Assembly: GCA_029975745.1 (NCBI GenBank)
Contig: JARKOL010000158.1
Span: 1-51,746, forward strand
DNA length: 51,746 nt
Reading direction: 5' to 3'
DNA from: Myxococcota bacterium
Lineage (GTDB): Bacteria; Myxococcota_A; UBA9042; DTJE01
The position numbers and the translations under genes were made by a program. Positions within the stretch are counted from its first letter, which is position 1. Every line of letters begins with the position of its first letter. The notes under the pieces are model-generated. The model was not told the DNA's origin. It ran no database searches and saw only the letters and a list, made by a program, of their open reading frames with translations. Of this stretch, positions 42,988 through 51,646 are shown piece by piece.

Positions 42988-43797
42988 TCACTCGCGCTCC
43001 AGCGCCTTGGCCTCCTCCCAGAGCGCGTCCAGGGCCTGGAGCGACTGGCCATCGACCGTCCGGCCCTGGGCGGCCAGAGTGGTCTCGATGTGGGCGAATC
43101 GGCGCCGGAAGCGCAGCAACATCCTGCGCAGCGCCTCCTCGGGATTCAGCCTGAAGTTCCTGGCCAGATTCGCGACCGTGAACAGGACGTCGCCCATCTC
43201 GTCCTCGATCCGCGCGACGTCGCCCGATTCGATCGCGGCCTTCAGCTCCAGGACCTCCTCGTCCAGCTTATCGACCGCGCCCTGGGTGTCCGGCCAGTCG
43301 AAGCCGACGTTGCGCACCTTGTCGCTGATCCGCAAGGCCATCAGCAACGCGGGCAGACTGGGCGGCACGCCGTCCAGCAGGCCTCGGCCCTCGCGTCGCT
43401 TGTAGCCTTCCCAGCGCGCCAGCACCTCGCCCGCATCGGCCGCGCGGGCCTCCTGGCCGAACACGTGGGGATGCCTCGAAACCAGTTTCGCGACCGCCGC
43501 ATCACAGACGTCGGCGATGGCGAAGTCCCCCTGTTCCTCCATGATGCGCGCCTGGAAGATCACCTGCAGCAGCAGGTCGCCCAGCTCCTCGCGCAGCGCC
43601 GCGGGGCGGCCCTCGTCAATCGCCTCCAGGACCTCGTAGGCCTCCTCGATGACGTAGGTCTTCAGGGTCTGCAGCGTCTGGACGCGATCCCAGGGGCATC
43701 CATCCGGAGCCCTCAGGCGGCGCATCACCTCGACCAGGGCCTCGAAGGCGGGCCCGGTCCGATTCCCGGCATGGTCCCGCGGATCGATGTCGCTCAT
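42988..43797 (-). CDS. mazG: nucleoside triphosphate pyrophosphohydrolase MazG
   Basis: Motifs seen: GCPWDRVQTLQTLKTYVIEEAYEVLEAI, ELGDLLLQV, and the second MazG repeat EMGDVLFTVANLAR. Confidence 0.88.
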   Translation of the reverse strand: MSDIDPRDHAGNRTGPAFEALVEVMRRLRAPDGCPWDRVQTLQTLKTYVIEEAYEVLEAIDEGRPAALREELGDLLLQVIFQARIMEEQGDFAIADVCDAAVAKLVSRHPHVFGQEARAADAGEVLARWEGYKRREGRGLLDGVPPSLPALLMALRISDKVRNVGFDWPDTQGAVDKLDEEVLELKAAIESGDVARIEDEMGDVLFTVANLARNFRLNPEEALRRMLLRFRRRFAHIETTLAAQGRTVDGQSLQALDALWEEAKALERE

Positions 43798-43830
43798 GAC
43801 GTCCTCGCAATGGATTGAAGCGAACGGAGC

Positions 43831-45249
43831 CTATCGAGTCGGAAGGGACCGGACGGCCTTGCGCATGTCCTTGCCGGGACGCACCTCGCCGGGCGGACGG
43901 CGCAGGGCGCGGGCCGCGACGGGCTCGGTCCCGGGGCGCGAAGCGATCGGCAGGGGCGCCACATGGGCACCCGGCGCGGGCTCGGCCGCGGGCACCGCGA
44001 ACCGCAGGGTGCCCGCCTTGTCCAGGTCGTGGAAGTCGCCACCGGCAGGCGAGAACGCGTTGGCGCCAACGACCTTGCCGTCCCTCGACTCGATCCGGAA
44101 GAAGTTGACCCTCAGGGTATTGCCGTCCTGGGGCGGAATCGGGGTCAGGCCGGGAATCGATGCCAGAGGAACGGACACCTCGACGGTGTAGCCGCGGTCC
44201 TCGTCGTCGTGGCGGTTCAGGGTGCCGTCCACGACCACCGCCGTCTGGAGTCCGGGCACGTCATGGCGCTTGGCCGTCTGCCACTCGGGCGTGCGGTGGC
44301 TGGTGAAGAGCGCGTCGAACACGACGTTCGCCGGCGACACCTGGATCTCCAGATAGTCCTTGCCGTCCGCCGCGCCGTCCAGATACAGCTCGACGCAGTC
44401 CTGATTCCACAACTCGTCGTCGCGCTTCGTGAACGTGCTGCCGATCTGCTGGTCCCGCACGTCGAACGCGAAGTACAGATGGGTGTCGTCCCAAAGCGAA
44501 CGGACCGTGACGGCCCGGGCGGGATCGCCGGGGCCACCCCCCGCGGCGGGGAACGGCGACGAGACCACCGCCTGCGCCCACGCCGGGTCTCCCAGATCGC
44601 CATCGACCTGGATCGGGCCCGCCGCGCGCATCGAGACCAGTTGGGGCGCCGGCCGCGTCGCCTTGTCGCGCCCGTGAACCAGGAAACGCGCCACCTGAAC
44701 GCGATTGTCGCCGTCGTTGGGCACCTGATCCTTGTTGACCAGGGTCATCCGGTCGCCGCCGCCCCGGGCCTGGTAGATCTCCTCGTTGAAGATTCCCGCC
44801 CACAGGACCGCGTTCCCGGTCTTGGCCTCGCGATCCACGATGAACTTCTGGACATCCTGGATGATCTCGCCCTGGACCCACTGGTTGATGGGGTACAGCT
44901 CGCCGACGGGAACATGGTCCAGCACCATGCGCTTGCCGCCGGGAAGTTCCAGGTGGACGAAGATCTTCCAGGCGCCGGTGACCGGCTTCAGCGATTCCCA
45001 GTAGTACGTGATGACCAGTTCGCTGCCTGCCTGGGCCGGCTCGACGGACAGATCCACGCCGATCAGCTTGACCATGTCGCTGAAGTTCGCGTTCAACAGG
45101 TACTTCGGCGTGGGCGCCTCGGCCAGGATGTTCTCCTGGATGCGCATGCGCTGGTCCTTCGTCAGGATGACCTTCGCGGGCTTGCGGCAGGCGCCTCCCG
45201 CGACCATCGCCGCGATCGCGACTGCAAGGACTGCGTTCCGGTGAAGCAT
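43831..45249 (-). CDS. secreted/possible lipoprotein with C-terminal CBM9/DOMON-like carbohydrate-binding domain
   Basis: ORF 43831..45474, trimmed to the ATG at 45249 (MLHRNAVLAVAIAAMVAGGAC). CBM9-like: DGDLGDPAWAQA...WDDTHLYFAFDVRDQQI...DDELWNQDCVELYLDG...YLEIQVSP. Confidence 0.6.
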   Translation of the reverse strand: MLHRNAVLAVAIAAMVAGGACRKPAKVILTKDQRMRIQENILAEAPTPKYLLNANFSDMVKLIGVDLSVEPAQAGSELVITYYWESLKPVTGAWKIFVHLELPGGKRMVLDHVPVGELYPINQWVQGEIIQDVQKFIVDREAKTGNAVLWAGIFNEEIYQARGGGDRMTLVNKDQVPNDGDNRVQVARFLVHGRDKATRPAPQLVSMRAAGPIQVDGDLGDPAWAQAVVSSPFPAAGGGPGDPARAVTVRSLWDDTHLYFAFDVRDQQIGSTFTKRDDELWNQDCVELYLDGAADGKDYLEIQVSPANVVFDALFTSHRTPEWQTAKRHDVPGLQTAVVVDGTLNRHDDEDRGYTVEVSVPLASIPGLTPIPPQDGNTLRVNFFRIESRDGKVVGANAFSPAGGDFHDLDKAGTLRFAVPAAEPAPGAHVAPLPIASRPGTEPVAARALRRPPGEVRPGKDMRKAVRSLPTR

Positions 45250-45349
45250 GGGTTCCCTCCGGGATGCCACGAGGACCGCCGGAAGATACCCCACGGGGCG
45301 CGCGGCTGCAAGGCATCGAAGACCGAATGACCGGATCGATGTGGACGCC

Positions 45350-46519
45350 CTACCCCTTGTCCGGCTCGGGCTCGGTGTACACATGGCGGGTGCCGCGGAA
45401 GTTGCGAACAATGGTGCGGCCGGGCTCACGCGCGATGACGTACTGGGGCAGGACGGGAACCTTGCCACCCCCACCCGGCGCGTCGATGACGTAGTACGGA
45501 ACCGCCATGCCGCTGGTCCAGCCGCGCAGCGCCTCGAGGATCTCGAGCCCCTTGTCCACCGACGTCCGAAGGTGCGAGTTGCCCTCGTTCAGGTCGCACT
45601 GGAAGATGTAGTAGGGCTTGACCCGCATCATCAGCAGCAGGTGGTTCAGCCGCAACACGGTCGCGGGATCGTCGTTCACGCCCTTCAGCAGGACCATCTG
45701 GTTGCCGATGGGGATGCCGGCATCGGCCAGCCGGGCGCACGCCGTGAACGCCTCGCGGGTACACTCCTTGGGATGGTTGAAGTGCGTGTTGACGAACAGA
45801 GGCTGGAACCGGGCCAGCATGCGCGCCGTCTCGGTCGTGATGCGCTGGGGCAACGTCACGGGCGTCCGGGTGCCGATGCGCAGGATCTCGACATGGGGAA
45901 TCGCCCGCAGGCGCTCCAGAAGGTGCTCCAGGCGTCCGTCGCTCCAGGTCAGGGGATCGCCGCCGGAAACGATGACGTCGCGCACCTGCGGCGTTCGAGC
46001 CACGTACGCGATTCCTTCGTCGATCTGGGCATCGTTCGCGGCGGTGGACGGGTCGGCGACCTTGCGCTTGCGCGTGCAGTGCCGGCAGAACATCGCGCAG
46101 TTCTGCGTCACGTAGAACAGCACTCGATCGGGGTACCGATGCGTCACGCCCTGAACGGGCATGTCGCGTTCCTCGGCCAGCGGGTCCGCCATTTCCCAGG
46201 GGGTCGGCGTCAGTTCGGCCATGCGCGGCGTGGCCTGAATGCGCACCGGGCACCCCGGATCGTCCCGGTCCATCAGCGCGGCGTAGTACGGCGTGATCCC
46301 GATGTCGAAGACGTCCTTGGACGCGATGGCGGCCCGAGCCTCGTCCTCGCTGACTCGAATGACGGTCGACAGTCCCTCGAGGTCGCGAACCCGATGCTGC
46401 ATGTGCCAGTGCCAGTCCGACCACTGGGCTTCGGGCACGTCGGCCCACGGGCCGCGCGGGGCGGCAGGAAATCGCGCAAGGATGTGGTCGGGGACACCGG
46501 GCTTCGGTCCGTCTTCCAT
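45350..46519 (-). CDS. kamA: KamA-family radical SAM aminomutase (lysine 2,3-aminomutase-like)
   Basis: Motifs seen: WSDWHWHMQHRV, ITPYYAALMD, the radical SAM cluster YVTQNCAMFCRHCTRKR, and VIVSGGDPL. Confidence 0.85.
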   Translation of the reverse strand: MEDGPKPGVPDHILARFPAAPRGPWADVPEAQWSDWHWHMQHRVRDLEGLSTVIRVSEDEARAAIASKDVFDIGITPYYAALMDRDDPGCPVRIQATPRMAELTPTPWEMADPLAEERDMPVQGVTHRYPDRVLFYVTQNCAMFCRHCTRKRKVADPSTAANDAQIDEGIAYVARTPQVRDVIVSGGDPLTWSDGRLEHLLERLRAIPHVEILRIGTRTPVTLPQRITTETARMLARFQPLFVNTHFNHPKECTREAFTACARLADAGIPIGNQMVLLKGVNDDPATVLRLNHLLLMMRVKPYYIFQCDLNEGNSHLRTSVDKGLEILEALRGWTSGMAVPYYVIDAPGGGGKVPVLPQYVIAREPGRTIVRNFRGTRHVYTEPEPDKG

Positions 46520-46546
46520 TCGATCGCTCCTCGGTTCAACGGTTCA

Positions 46547-46572
46547 CGCGGCGCGGGAACGCCGCGAGTATA
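46547..46572 (-). promoter_or_regulatory. possible kamA promoter -10 (TATACT) abutting a GC-rich inverted repeat CGCGGCG-N6-CGCCGCG
   Basis: The minus strand reads gga-TATACT-CGCGGCG-ttcccg-CGCCGCG. The -10 is at 46572..46567 and the IR at 46566..46547, spanning the predicted TSS. The GAGGAG SD precedes the ATG at 46519. No good -35 is visible. Confidence 0.3.
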
Positions 46573-46674
46573 TCCGAAACGGACCGTCCCGATTCGCCCA
46601 AACCCTGACCGATATCGTTGTCGGACCACTTGAGGGGCGCGCGACTTCGGGGCGGCGACTTCACCCCGTGTCCC

Positions 46675-46703
46675 TTGACACGCAGGGCCGTGCGATGTAT
46701 CGA
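46675..46703 (+). promoter_or_regulatory. possible promoter TTGACA-17-TATCGA upstream of the small protein/HK/sigma54-activator genes
   Basis: Perfect -35 at 46675..46680. The weak -10 at 46698..46703 lacks a final T. Confidence 0.3.
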
Positions 46704-46728
46704 AAATCGACGGACGCCGGGGGTCTTG

Positions 46729-47013
46729 ATGGCCGCGAAGACGTATCGATTCTCCCATGATCTGGGGCGTGACCTTGCAATCCAGCGGCTCGAACCCGCC
46801 CTGGATTCGCTGGCTCGCCAGTACGGCCTGGAACGGCTGCCCCCCCACGACGGCAAGCTGGTCCTTCGGCGCACGGGCGTGGATGCCCATGTGTTCGTGG
46901 CTGATGGGGATGTCGAGATCGTCGTCGATCTGAACTGGTTCCTGGAAAAGACCGTCCGTGAACGCATCGAGGACGCCCTGCACAAGGACATCCCGCCCCT
47001 GTTGCGCACCTGA
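46729..47013 (+). CDS. small protein resembling the polyhydroxyalkanoic-acid-system protein family (PHA_gran_rgn-like)
   Basis: ORF 46618..47013, trimmed to the ATG at 46729, giving 94 aa. RRTGVDAHVFVADGDVEIVVDLNWFLEKTVRERIEDALHKDIPPLL matches the family pattern as I remember it. Tentative. Confidence 0.45.
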   Translation: MAAKTYRFSHDLGRDLAIQRLEPALDSLARQYGLERLPPHDGKLVLRRTGVDAHVFVADGDVEIVVDLNWFLEKTVRERIEDALHKDIPPLLRT

Positions 47014-47023
47014 AGGGGCCTGC

Positions 47024-48403
47024 ATGGCTGCATCAACTCGGAATCGATGGACGCTGGTGGGCTGGGGCGGCATCGCGTTGTGGGGCACCCTGGCGGCGTT
47101 CCTGACCGGCGTCACCATCGCGTCCATCCTGGTGGCCCGCAACGCACGCCATGACCAGGTGCTTGCGATCGGTCTGCAGACCGCCATCAGCCTGGGCCGC
47201 GTCCTGAGGACGGCCGGTCCCCCCGCCGGGCCGGATCGCCTGCGATTGATCCTGGAACGCTTCGAGGCCCCCGGCGTGCTCTACGTGCAGTTGCTGGATG
47301 GCCACGGGGGCATCATCAGCACCGGGCCGGCCAGCGACGTATCCGCGCCCTCGACGCCCGCGGTGCGGCTGGCCATTCGATCGGGCGATGTCGTCCCGGT
47401 TTCCGCGATGGCGCTGAACGGCAGGTCCGTGCATGACGTGTACGTGCCGTTCCTGCGGCCCGGCCCGGGGCCACGTGCCGAGCGGTTCATGCCCCCGCCG
47501 CCTGGCGATGACGAGGCGGAGCCCGTCGGTCGCGCCTGGGGATTTCGACCTCGGGAGTCCGTGGTCCGCGTCGGCGTCGATGCCAGCCCGGCCCAGTGGC
47601 TGGACTGGTGGGTCTGGGCGCAGGGGCTCGCCTCGCTGGCGGCGATCGTGGCCTTGGGTGTGTTGATCCTGCGCGCCCGTCGGACCGGCGCCGTCCTGGC
47701 GGTCCTGGAGGACCAGCGGCGCCGTCGCGAGGTGCTGGCGCGACTGGGCGAGGTCTCCGCCGTTCTGGCCCACGAGATCCGGAATCCACTGGCTTCCTTG
47801 AAGGGGCACGCCCAGCTGGCCGCCGAGCACGCATCCAAGGGGGCCGTGTCCGCCGATGAGGTCGCCTCCAGGCTTGCCGTGGTCGTCGAGGAAACCGAGC
47901 GCGTGGAGGCGCTGGTCAGCGGGTTGCTGGACTACGCGCGCGATCGCAGACTGGCCCCCGTGCCCGTGGTGGTTCTGGACCTGCTGCACGAGTGCGTCCG
48001 ACGCATCGACGACGTGCTGGGCCCCTGCGCGAACCTGGCCGCGTTCTGCCCCGGGGACCTCATCGCCCCATTGGACCGGGATCAGGTGGCCCGCGCGATC
48101 GTCAACCTGCTGCTGAACGCGCGCGAAGCCGTCGGCCCCGAGGGACGGGTCCGGGTCCAAGCCTCCGTGGCCGGGAATGATCTGGTCATCGAGGTCGAGG
48201 ATGACGGCCCCGGGGTTCCGGACCGGGTGCGCGAGCGCCTGTTCGAGCCGTTCGTCACCGGCAAGGTCCGCGGGATCGGGCTTGGGCTGGCCATCGTGAT
48301 GCAGGTGGTCGAGGCACACGGCGGCACGGTCGATGCGGACCGCTCGCCGACGCTGGGTGGGGCCCGGTTCACGGCGCGCTTTCCCATGACCCAGCCAGGT
48401 TGA
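47024..48403 (+). CDS. sensor histidine kinase (two TM helices, periplasmic sensor region)
   Basis: ORF 46958..48403, trimmed to the ATG at 47024. TM1 WTLVGWGGIALWGTLAAFLTGVTIASILV, TM2 WVWAQGLASLAAIVALGVLIL, H-box SAVLAHEIRNPLASL, N-box NLLLNAREA, G1 EDDGPGVP, G2 GIGLGLAIV. Confidence 0.8.
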   Translation: MAASTRNRWTLVGWGGIALWGTLAAFLTGVTIASILVARNARHDQVLAIGLQTAISLGRVLRTAGPPAGPDRLRLILERFEAPGVLYVQLLDGHGGIISTGPASDVSAPSTPAVRLAIRSGDVVPVSAMALNGRSVHDVYVPFLRPGPGPRAERFMPPPPGDDEAEPVGRAWGFRPRESVVRVGVDASPAQWLDWWVWAQGLASLAAIVALGVLILRARRTGAVLAVLEDQRRRREVLARLGEVSAVLAHEIRNPLASLKGHAQLAAEHASKGAVSADEVASRLAVVVEETERVEALVSGLLDYARDRRLAPVPVVVLDLLHECVRRIDDVLGPCANLAAFCPGDLIAPLDRDQVARAIVNLLLNAREAVGPEGRVRVQASVAGNDLVIEVEDDGPGVPDRVRERLFEPFVTGKVRGIGLGLAIVMQVVEAHGGTVDADRSPTLGGARFTARFPMTQPG

Positions 48404-48435
48404 TCCGCCGTTCTTGAACCGAGCGAGGCACGACC

Positions 48436-49785
48436 GTGAACCAGACGATCCTGATCATCGAGGACGAGACCCGGTTGCGCGGATTCCTGGGCGACGTGTT
48501 GCGCGGCGAGGGCTACGAGGTGCTGGTGGCCCCCGATGGCCGCCAGGGGCTGGAACTGGCCGAGGCGGCCGACCTGGTGATGACGGACCTGAAGCTGCCC
48601 GGCGAGCCGTCCGGGCTGGACCTGGTGCGATCCCTGCGTTCCCTTTCCGACCCGCCCGAGGTCGTCGTGATGACCGCCTACGGGTCGGTCGCCACCGCGG
48701 TTGATGCGATGAAGGCCGGCGCCCTGGACTTTCTGGAGAAGCCCTTTTCGGGCCCCGACCAGGTGCGGCTGGTGGCGCGACGCGCACTGGAGCGACGGAC
48801 CCTGGCGCTGGACAACGAGCGTCTGCGTGCGGTGGCACGGCGCCCGGATGCCCAGGATCAGGCCGTCGTCGCGGACCCCCGGATGCAGGCCGTGCTGGAC
48901 CGGGTCGCCCGGGTGGCCGCCACCGAGGCCACGGTGCTGCTGCTGGGCGAAAGCGGCTCGGGCAAGGAGATCGTGGCCCGCCATCTGCATCGTCTGCGCT
49001 TTCCCGGCGACGCGCCGTTCGTGGCCATCAACTGCGCCTCGCTGTCCGAGACCCTGCTGGAAAGCGAGCTGTTCGGCCACGAGCGCGGGGCGTTCACGGG
49101 GGCCGTCGAGCGAAAGCCCGGCCTCCTGGAGGTCGCCTCCGAGGGCACGCTGTTCCTGGACGAGATCGGCGAGATGCCCCTGCCCCTCCAGGCGCGCATG
49201 CTGCGCGTGCTGGAGACCCGGCAGTTCTCGCGCGTGGGCGGGGTGCGCGTTCTGCGCACGGATGCCCGCGTCGTCGCCGCGACCAATGCCGATCTGGCCG
49301 GCGAGGTTGCCGGCGGGCGATTCCGGCAGGATCTGTACTACCGCCTGGAGGTGTTCCCGGTCCACGTGCCGCCGCTGCGCGAACGCCCGGCGGACATCGA
49401 GGCGCTGGCCCATCACTTCCTGGCACGGTTCGGGGGGACCCGCGGCGGGCGACGGGGCCCCGCGCGCTTCGGCCCTGGGGCCATGGCCGCCCTGCGGGCC
49501 TACGACTGGCCGGGCAACGTGCGCGAACTGCGGAATGCCGTGGAGCGCGCCCTGATCCTGGCCGAGGAGGACGTCATCGAGGCGGACGATCTGGGGTTGC
49601 CGGTGCGCCCCGTGGCCGTCGATGATGCGCGCGGCGCCGGACGCCTGGTCGAACTGGAGCGACAGGCCATCGTGCAGGCGTTGCGCGAATGCGACGGCAA
49701 TCGGCGCCAGGCCGCCAGGCTCCTGGGGATCAGCCTGCGAACGTTGCAGTATCGGATCAAGGACTACGGGTTGCTGGACCGGTGA
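48436..49785 (+). CDS. sigma54-dependent response regulator (NtrC family: REC-AAA+-Fis HTH)
   Basis: Canonical receiver (ILIIEDE, LVMTDLKLPG, VVMTAYGS, LEKPF). AAA+ motifs GESGSGKE, ESELFGHERGAFTGA and RVVAATN. HTH: NRRQAARLLGISLRTLQYRIK. Confidence 0.88.
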   Translation: MNQTILIIEDETRLRGFLGDVLRGEGYEVLVAPDGRQGLELAEAADLVMTDLKLPGEPSGLDLVRSLRSLSDPPEVVVMTAYGSVATAVDAMKAGALDFLEKPFSGPDQVRLVARRALERRTLALDNERLRAVARRPDAQDQAVVADPRMQAVLDRVARVAATEATVLLLGESGSGKEIVARHLHRLRFPGDAPFVAINCASLSETLLESELFGHERGAFTGAVERKPGLLEVASEGTLFLDEIGEMPLPLQARMLRVLETRQFSRVGGVRVLRTDARVVAATNADLAGEVAGGRFRQDLYYRLEVFPVHVPPLRERPADIEALAHHFLARFGGTRGGRRGPARFGPGAMAALRAYDWPGNVRELRNAVERALILAEEDVIEADDLGLPVRPVAVDDARGAGRLVELERQAIVQALRECDGNRRQAARLLGISLRTLQYRIKDYGLLDR

Positions 49786-50831
49786 ACCTCGCCCGCGTTG
49801 GAATGGGGACGGGAGGCGTCCTGGCCACGCGCGGTCCACTCGAACATCCGCTCGATGGCCGCCGCCGCGCCGGCCTGGACCTCCGGGGGGATCTGAACGA
49901 TCTGCTCGGGACGGGGGGCCTCCAGAACCTGCAGCACGCGACGCAGGTCGATGCGCTTCATGTGCGGACAAAGGGCGCAGGTGCCCACGAACGACTTGTC
50001 GGGGTATTCGACGCGCATCCGATCGGCCAGTCCGCACTCGGTCACCAGCATGAAGCTGGTGTCGGGACTGCGACGAACGTAATCCACCATGTCGCCGGTA
50101 CCGCCCGCCAGATCCGCGGCGGCGACCACCTCGGGAGGCGACTCGGTGTGGACCAGGATCCGAAGTCCGGGCACGCGTTCCCGCCAGGCCGCCAGCGCCT
50201 CGGCCGAGAAGGTTTCATGCACGATGCAGCGCCCGTCGAACCCGGTGATCCGTTTGGTGGTCATGGCGGCAAGGTTCCGGGCCATGAACGTGTCGGGCAG
50301 GAACACGACGTGATCCGTCGGCGCGGCCTCGACGATCGCCAGCGCGTTGGCGCTGGTGCAGCACACGTCGCACGCGGCCTTGACCTCGGCGCTGGTGTTG
50401 ACGTAGCAGACGAACGTCGCATCGGGGTGCATCCGCCGCAGTCGGCGAACGTCCTCGCCGGTGATCGCCTCGGACAGCGAGCAGCCCGCATCCGGATTCG
50501 GCAGCAGGACGCGCTTCGTCGGCGACAGCACCTTCGCCGTTTCGCCCATGAAGCGCACGCCGCAGAACACGATCGTGTCGGCGTCGCAATCGCGGGCGAT
50601 GCGCGACAGACCCAGCGAGTCCCCTCGGTAGTCCGCCACGCCGAACAGGATGTCCGGGGTCTGGTAGCTGTGTCCCAGAATCACGGCGCGCTGCTGCCTG
50701 GCCAGATCGCGGATGCGCAGGGTCAGCGGCGCGATCAGTCCGCACTCGGACGGGGTCCAGCCGGCATGACGCAGCGCCTGGTGCAGTCGGTCCGATTCGG
50801 CGCCAAGGGCCTCTTGGGAATAGCCAAACAT
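49764..50831 (-). CDS. nadA: quinolinate synthase
   Basis: 355 aa. NadA-like blocks AVILGHSYQTPDI, IVFCGVRFMGETAKVL, CSLSEAI, VCYVNTSAEVKA, VHTESPPEV and CALCPHMKRI. The 3' end overlaps the convergent activator gene by 22 nt. Confidence 0.88.
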   Translation of the reverse strand: MFGYSQEALGAESDRLHQALRHAGWTPSECGLIAPLTLRIRDLARQQRAVILGHSYQTPDILFGVADYRGDSLGLSRIARDCDADTIVFCGVRFMGETAKVLSPTKRVLLPNPDAGCSLSEAITGEDVRRLRRMHPDATFVCYVNTSAEVKAACDVCCTSANALAIVEAAPTDHVVFLPDTFMARNLAAMTTKRITGFDGRCIVHETFSAEALAAWRERVPGLRILVHTESPPEVVAAADLAGGTGDMVDYVRRSPDTSFMLVTECGLADRMRVEYPDKSFVGTCALCPHMKRIDLRRVLQVLEAPRPEQIVQIPPEVQAGAAAAIERMFEWTARGQDASRPHSNAGEVHRSSNP

Positions 50832-50867
50832 CGCGATATTCTACCCGCGCCATGGAGGGCGCGTCAA
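50814..50867. promoter_or_regulatory. overlapping divergent promoters: nadA (minus) TTGACG-18-TAGAAT and lplA-like gene (plus) TTGGGA-17-TATTCT
   Basis: Minus strand: -35 at 50867..50862 and -10 at 50843..50838, followed by ATCGCG then the ATG at 50831 (leaderless geometry). Plus strand: -35 at 50814..50819 and -10 at 50837..50842. The two -10 boxes occupy the same AT-rich patch GATATTCTA on opposite strands. Confidence 0.45.
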
Positions 50868-51631
50868 TGCAGGCCGGGTTCGATCCCGCGACATGCCTTG
50901 CGGTTTTCCGCCGCTTCGACCAGTGCCCACACCGGGACATGGCGTTCGAGACCCGCCTGCTGGAACGGGTCGCCCGGGACGGCGGTGCGGCGATGTTCGC
51001 GTATGGATGGCGTGATCCCGTGCTGGTCCTGGGGCGGGGACAGTCCGAGGACTCCATCGACAAGGCCGCGGCCACGCGACTGGGCGTCCCGGTCGTCCGG
51101 CGCTGCAGTGGCGGTACCGCCGTGGTGCATCGGGGCGATCTGGCCCTTTCCCTGGTGCTTTCCCACGATCACCCCTGGGCGCAGGGGCCGATTCGGGCGC
51201 TGTACGATCGGTTCCTTGGGATTCTGATGGACCACCTGGGGAACGGTATCCAGCCAACCGGACTCGATCGTCCTGCCGCGAGCGGCGCCCGTGCTCCCGC
51301 GCCACGGTCCCCCATCTGCTTCGAAGGCGATTCCGGGGAAACGCTGTCCATCCGGGGCAGAAAGGCCGTCGGATGCGCCCAGGCCCGACGTCGGGGGGCC
51401 GTCCTGGTTCACGGGATGCTGCTGCTGGACCTGGATGCGGATCTGCAAGCCGCCCTGTTCGGCGTCCCTCGCCGGCGAATCCTGGATGCCATGGCGCCGT
51501 TGCCGACCTGCGTCGGGGATCGACAGGCGCTTGCCGCGCGCATCATCGACGGAACGGCGACCGCCCTCAGTCTTCGGCCCGTCTTCTTGTCGCCCCCCGG
51601 CCTGGATCCTGGTACGCTTGAGCCCGTGTGA
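50852..51631 (+). CDS. lipoate-protein ligase / octanoyltransferase family protein (BPL_LplA_LipB domain)
   Basis: Motifs seen: DMAFETRLLE, PVLVLGRGQS, and VVRRCSGGTAVVHRGD (the RR.SGGGAV.H motif). The start is ambiguous: ATG 50852 is near-leaderless, while ATG 50867 is preceded by GGAGGG at 7 nt. Confidence 0.7.
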   Translation: MEGASMQAGFDPATCLAVFRRFDQCPHRDMAFETRLLERVARDGGAAMFAYGWRDPVLVLGRGQSEDSIDKAAATRLGVPVVRRCSGGTAVVHRGDLALSLVLSHDHPWAQGPIRALYDRFLGILMDHLGNGIQPTGLDRPAASGARAPAPRSPICFEGDSGETLSIRGRKAVGCAQARRRGAVLVHGMLLLDLDADLQAALFGVPRRRILDAMAPLPTCVGDRQALAARIIDGTATALSLRPVFLSPPGLDPGTLEPV

Positions 51632-51646
51632 TCTGGCGAGGCCCCC

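Noticed and set aside
49764-49785. 22-nt overlap of the convergent 3' ends of the sigma54 activator gene and nadA
   Set aside because: The overlap is real in the sequence, but short convergent overlaps are common in compact GC-rich genomes. The nadA C-terminal tail is non-conserved-looking sequence, and nothing suggests a functional element.
479-50037. Other long shadow ORFs in the track. Examples: 479..1951(+), 2768..4831(-), 2806..4767(+), 4939..6204(+), 6720..9077(-), 11043..13841(+), 15566..16831(-), 17178..18659(+), 18750..21047(+), 20245..22527(+), 23567..25093(+), 26086..27612(-), 28524..29840(-), 31289..33253(-), 35027..36620(+), 37875..40403(-), 41930..42922(+), 43963..45330(+), 45248..46633(+), 47033..48319(-), 48082..50037(-), 49689..51227(+).
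   Set aside because: Each overlaps, in antisense or in another frame, an ORF with clear family motifs. Their products are Arg/Pro/Gly/Ala-rich with no motifs, so they are artefacts of GC-rich codon structure.
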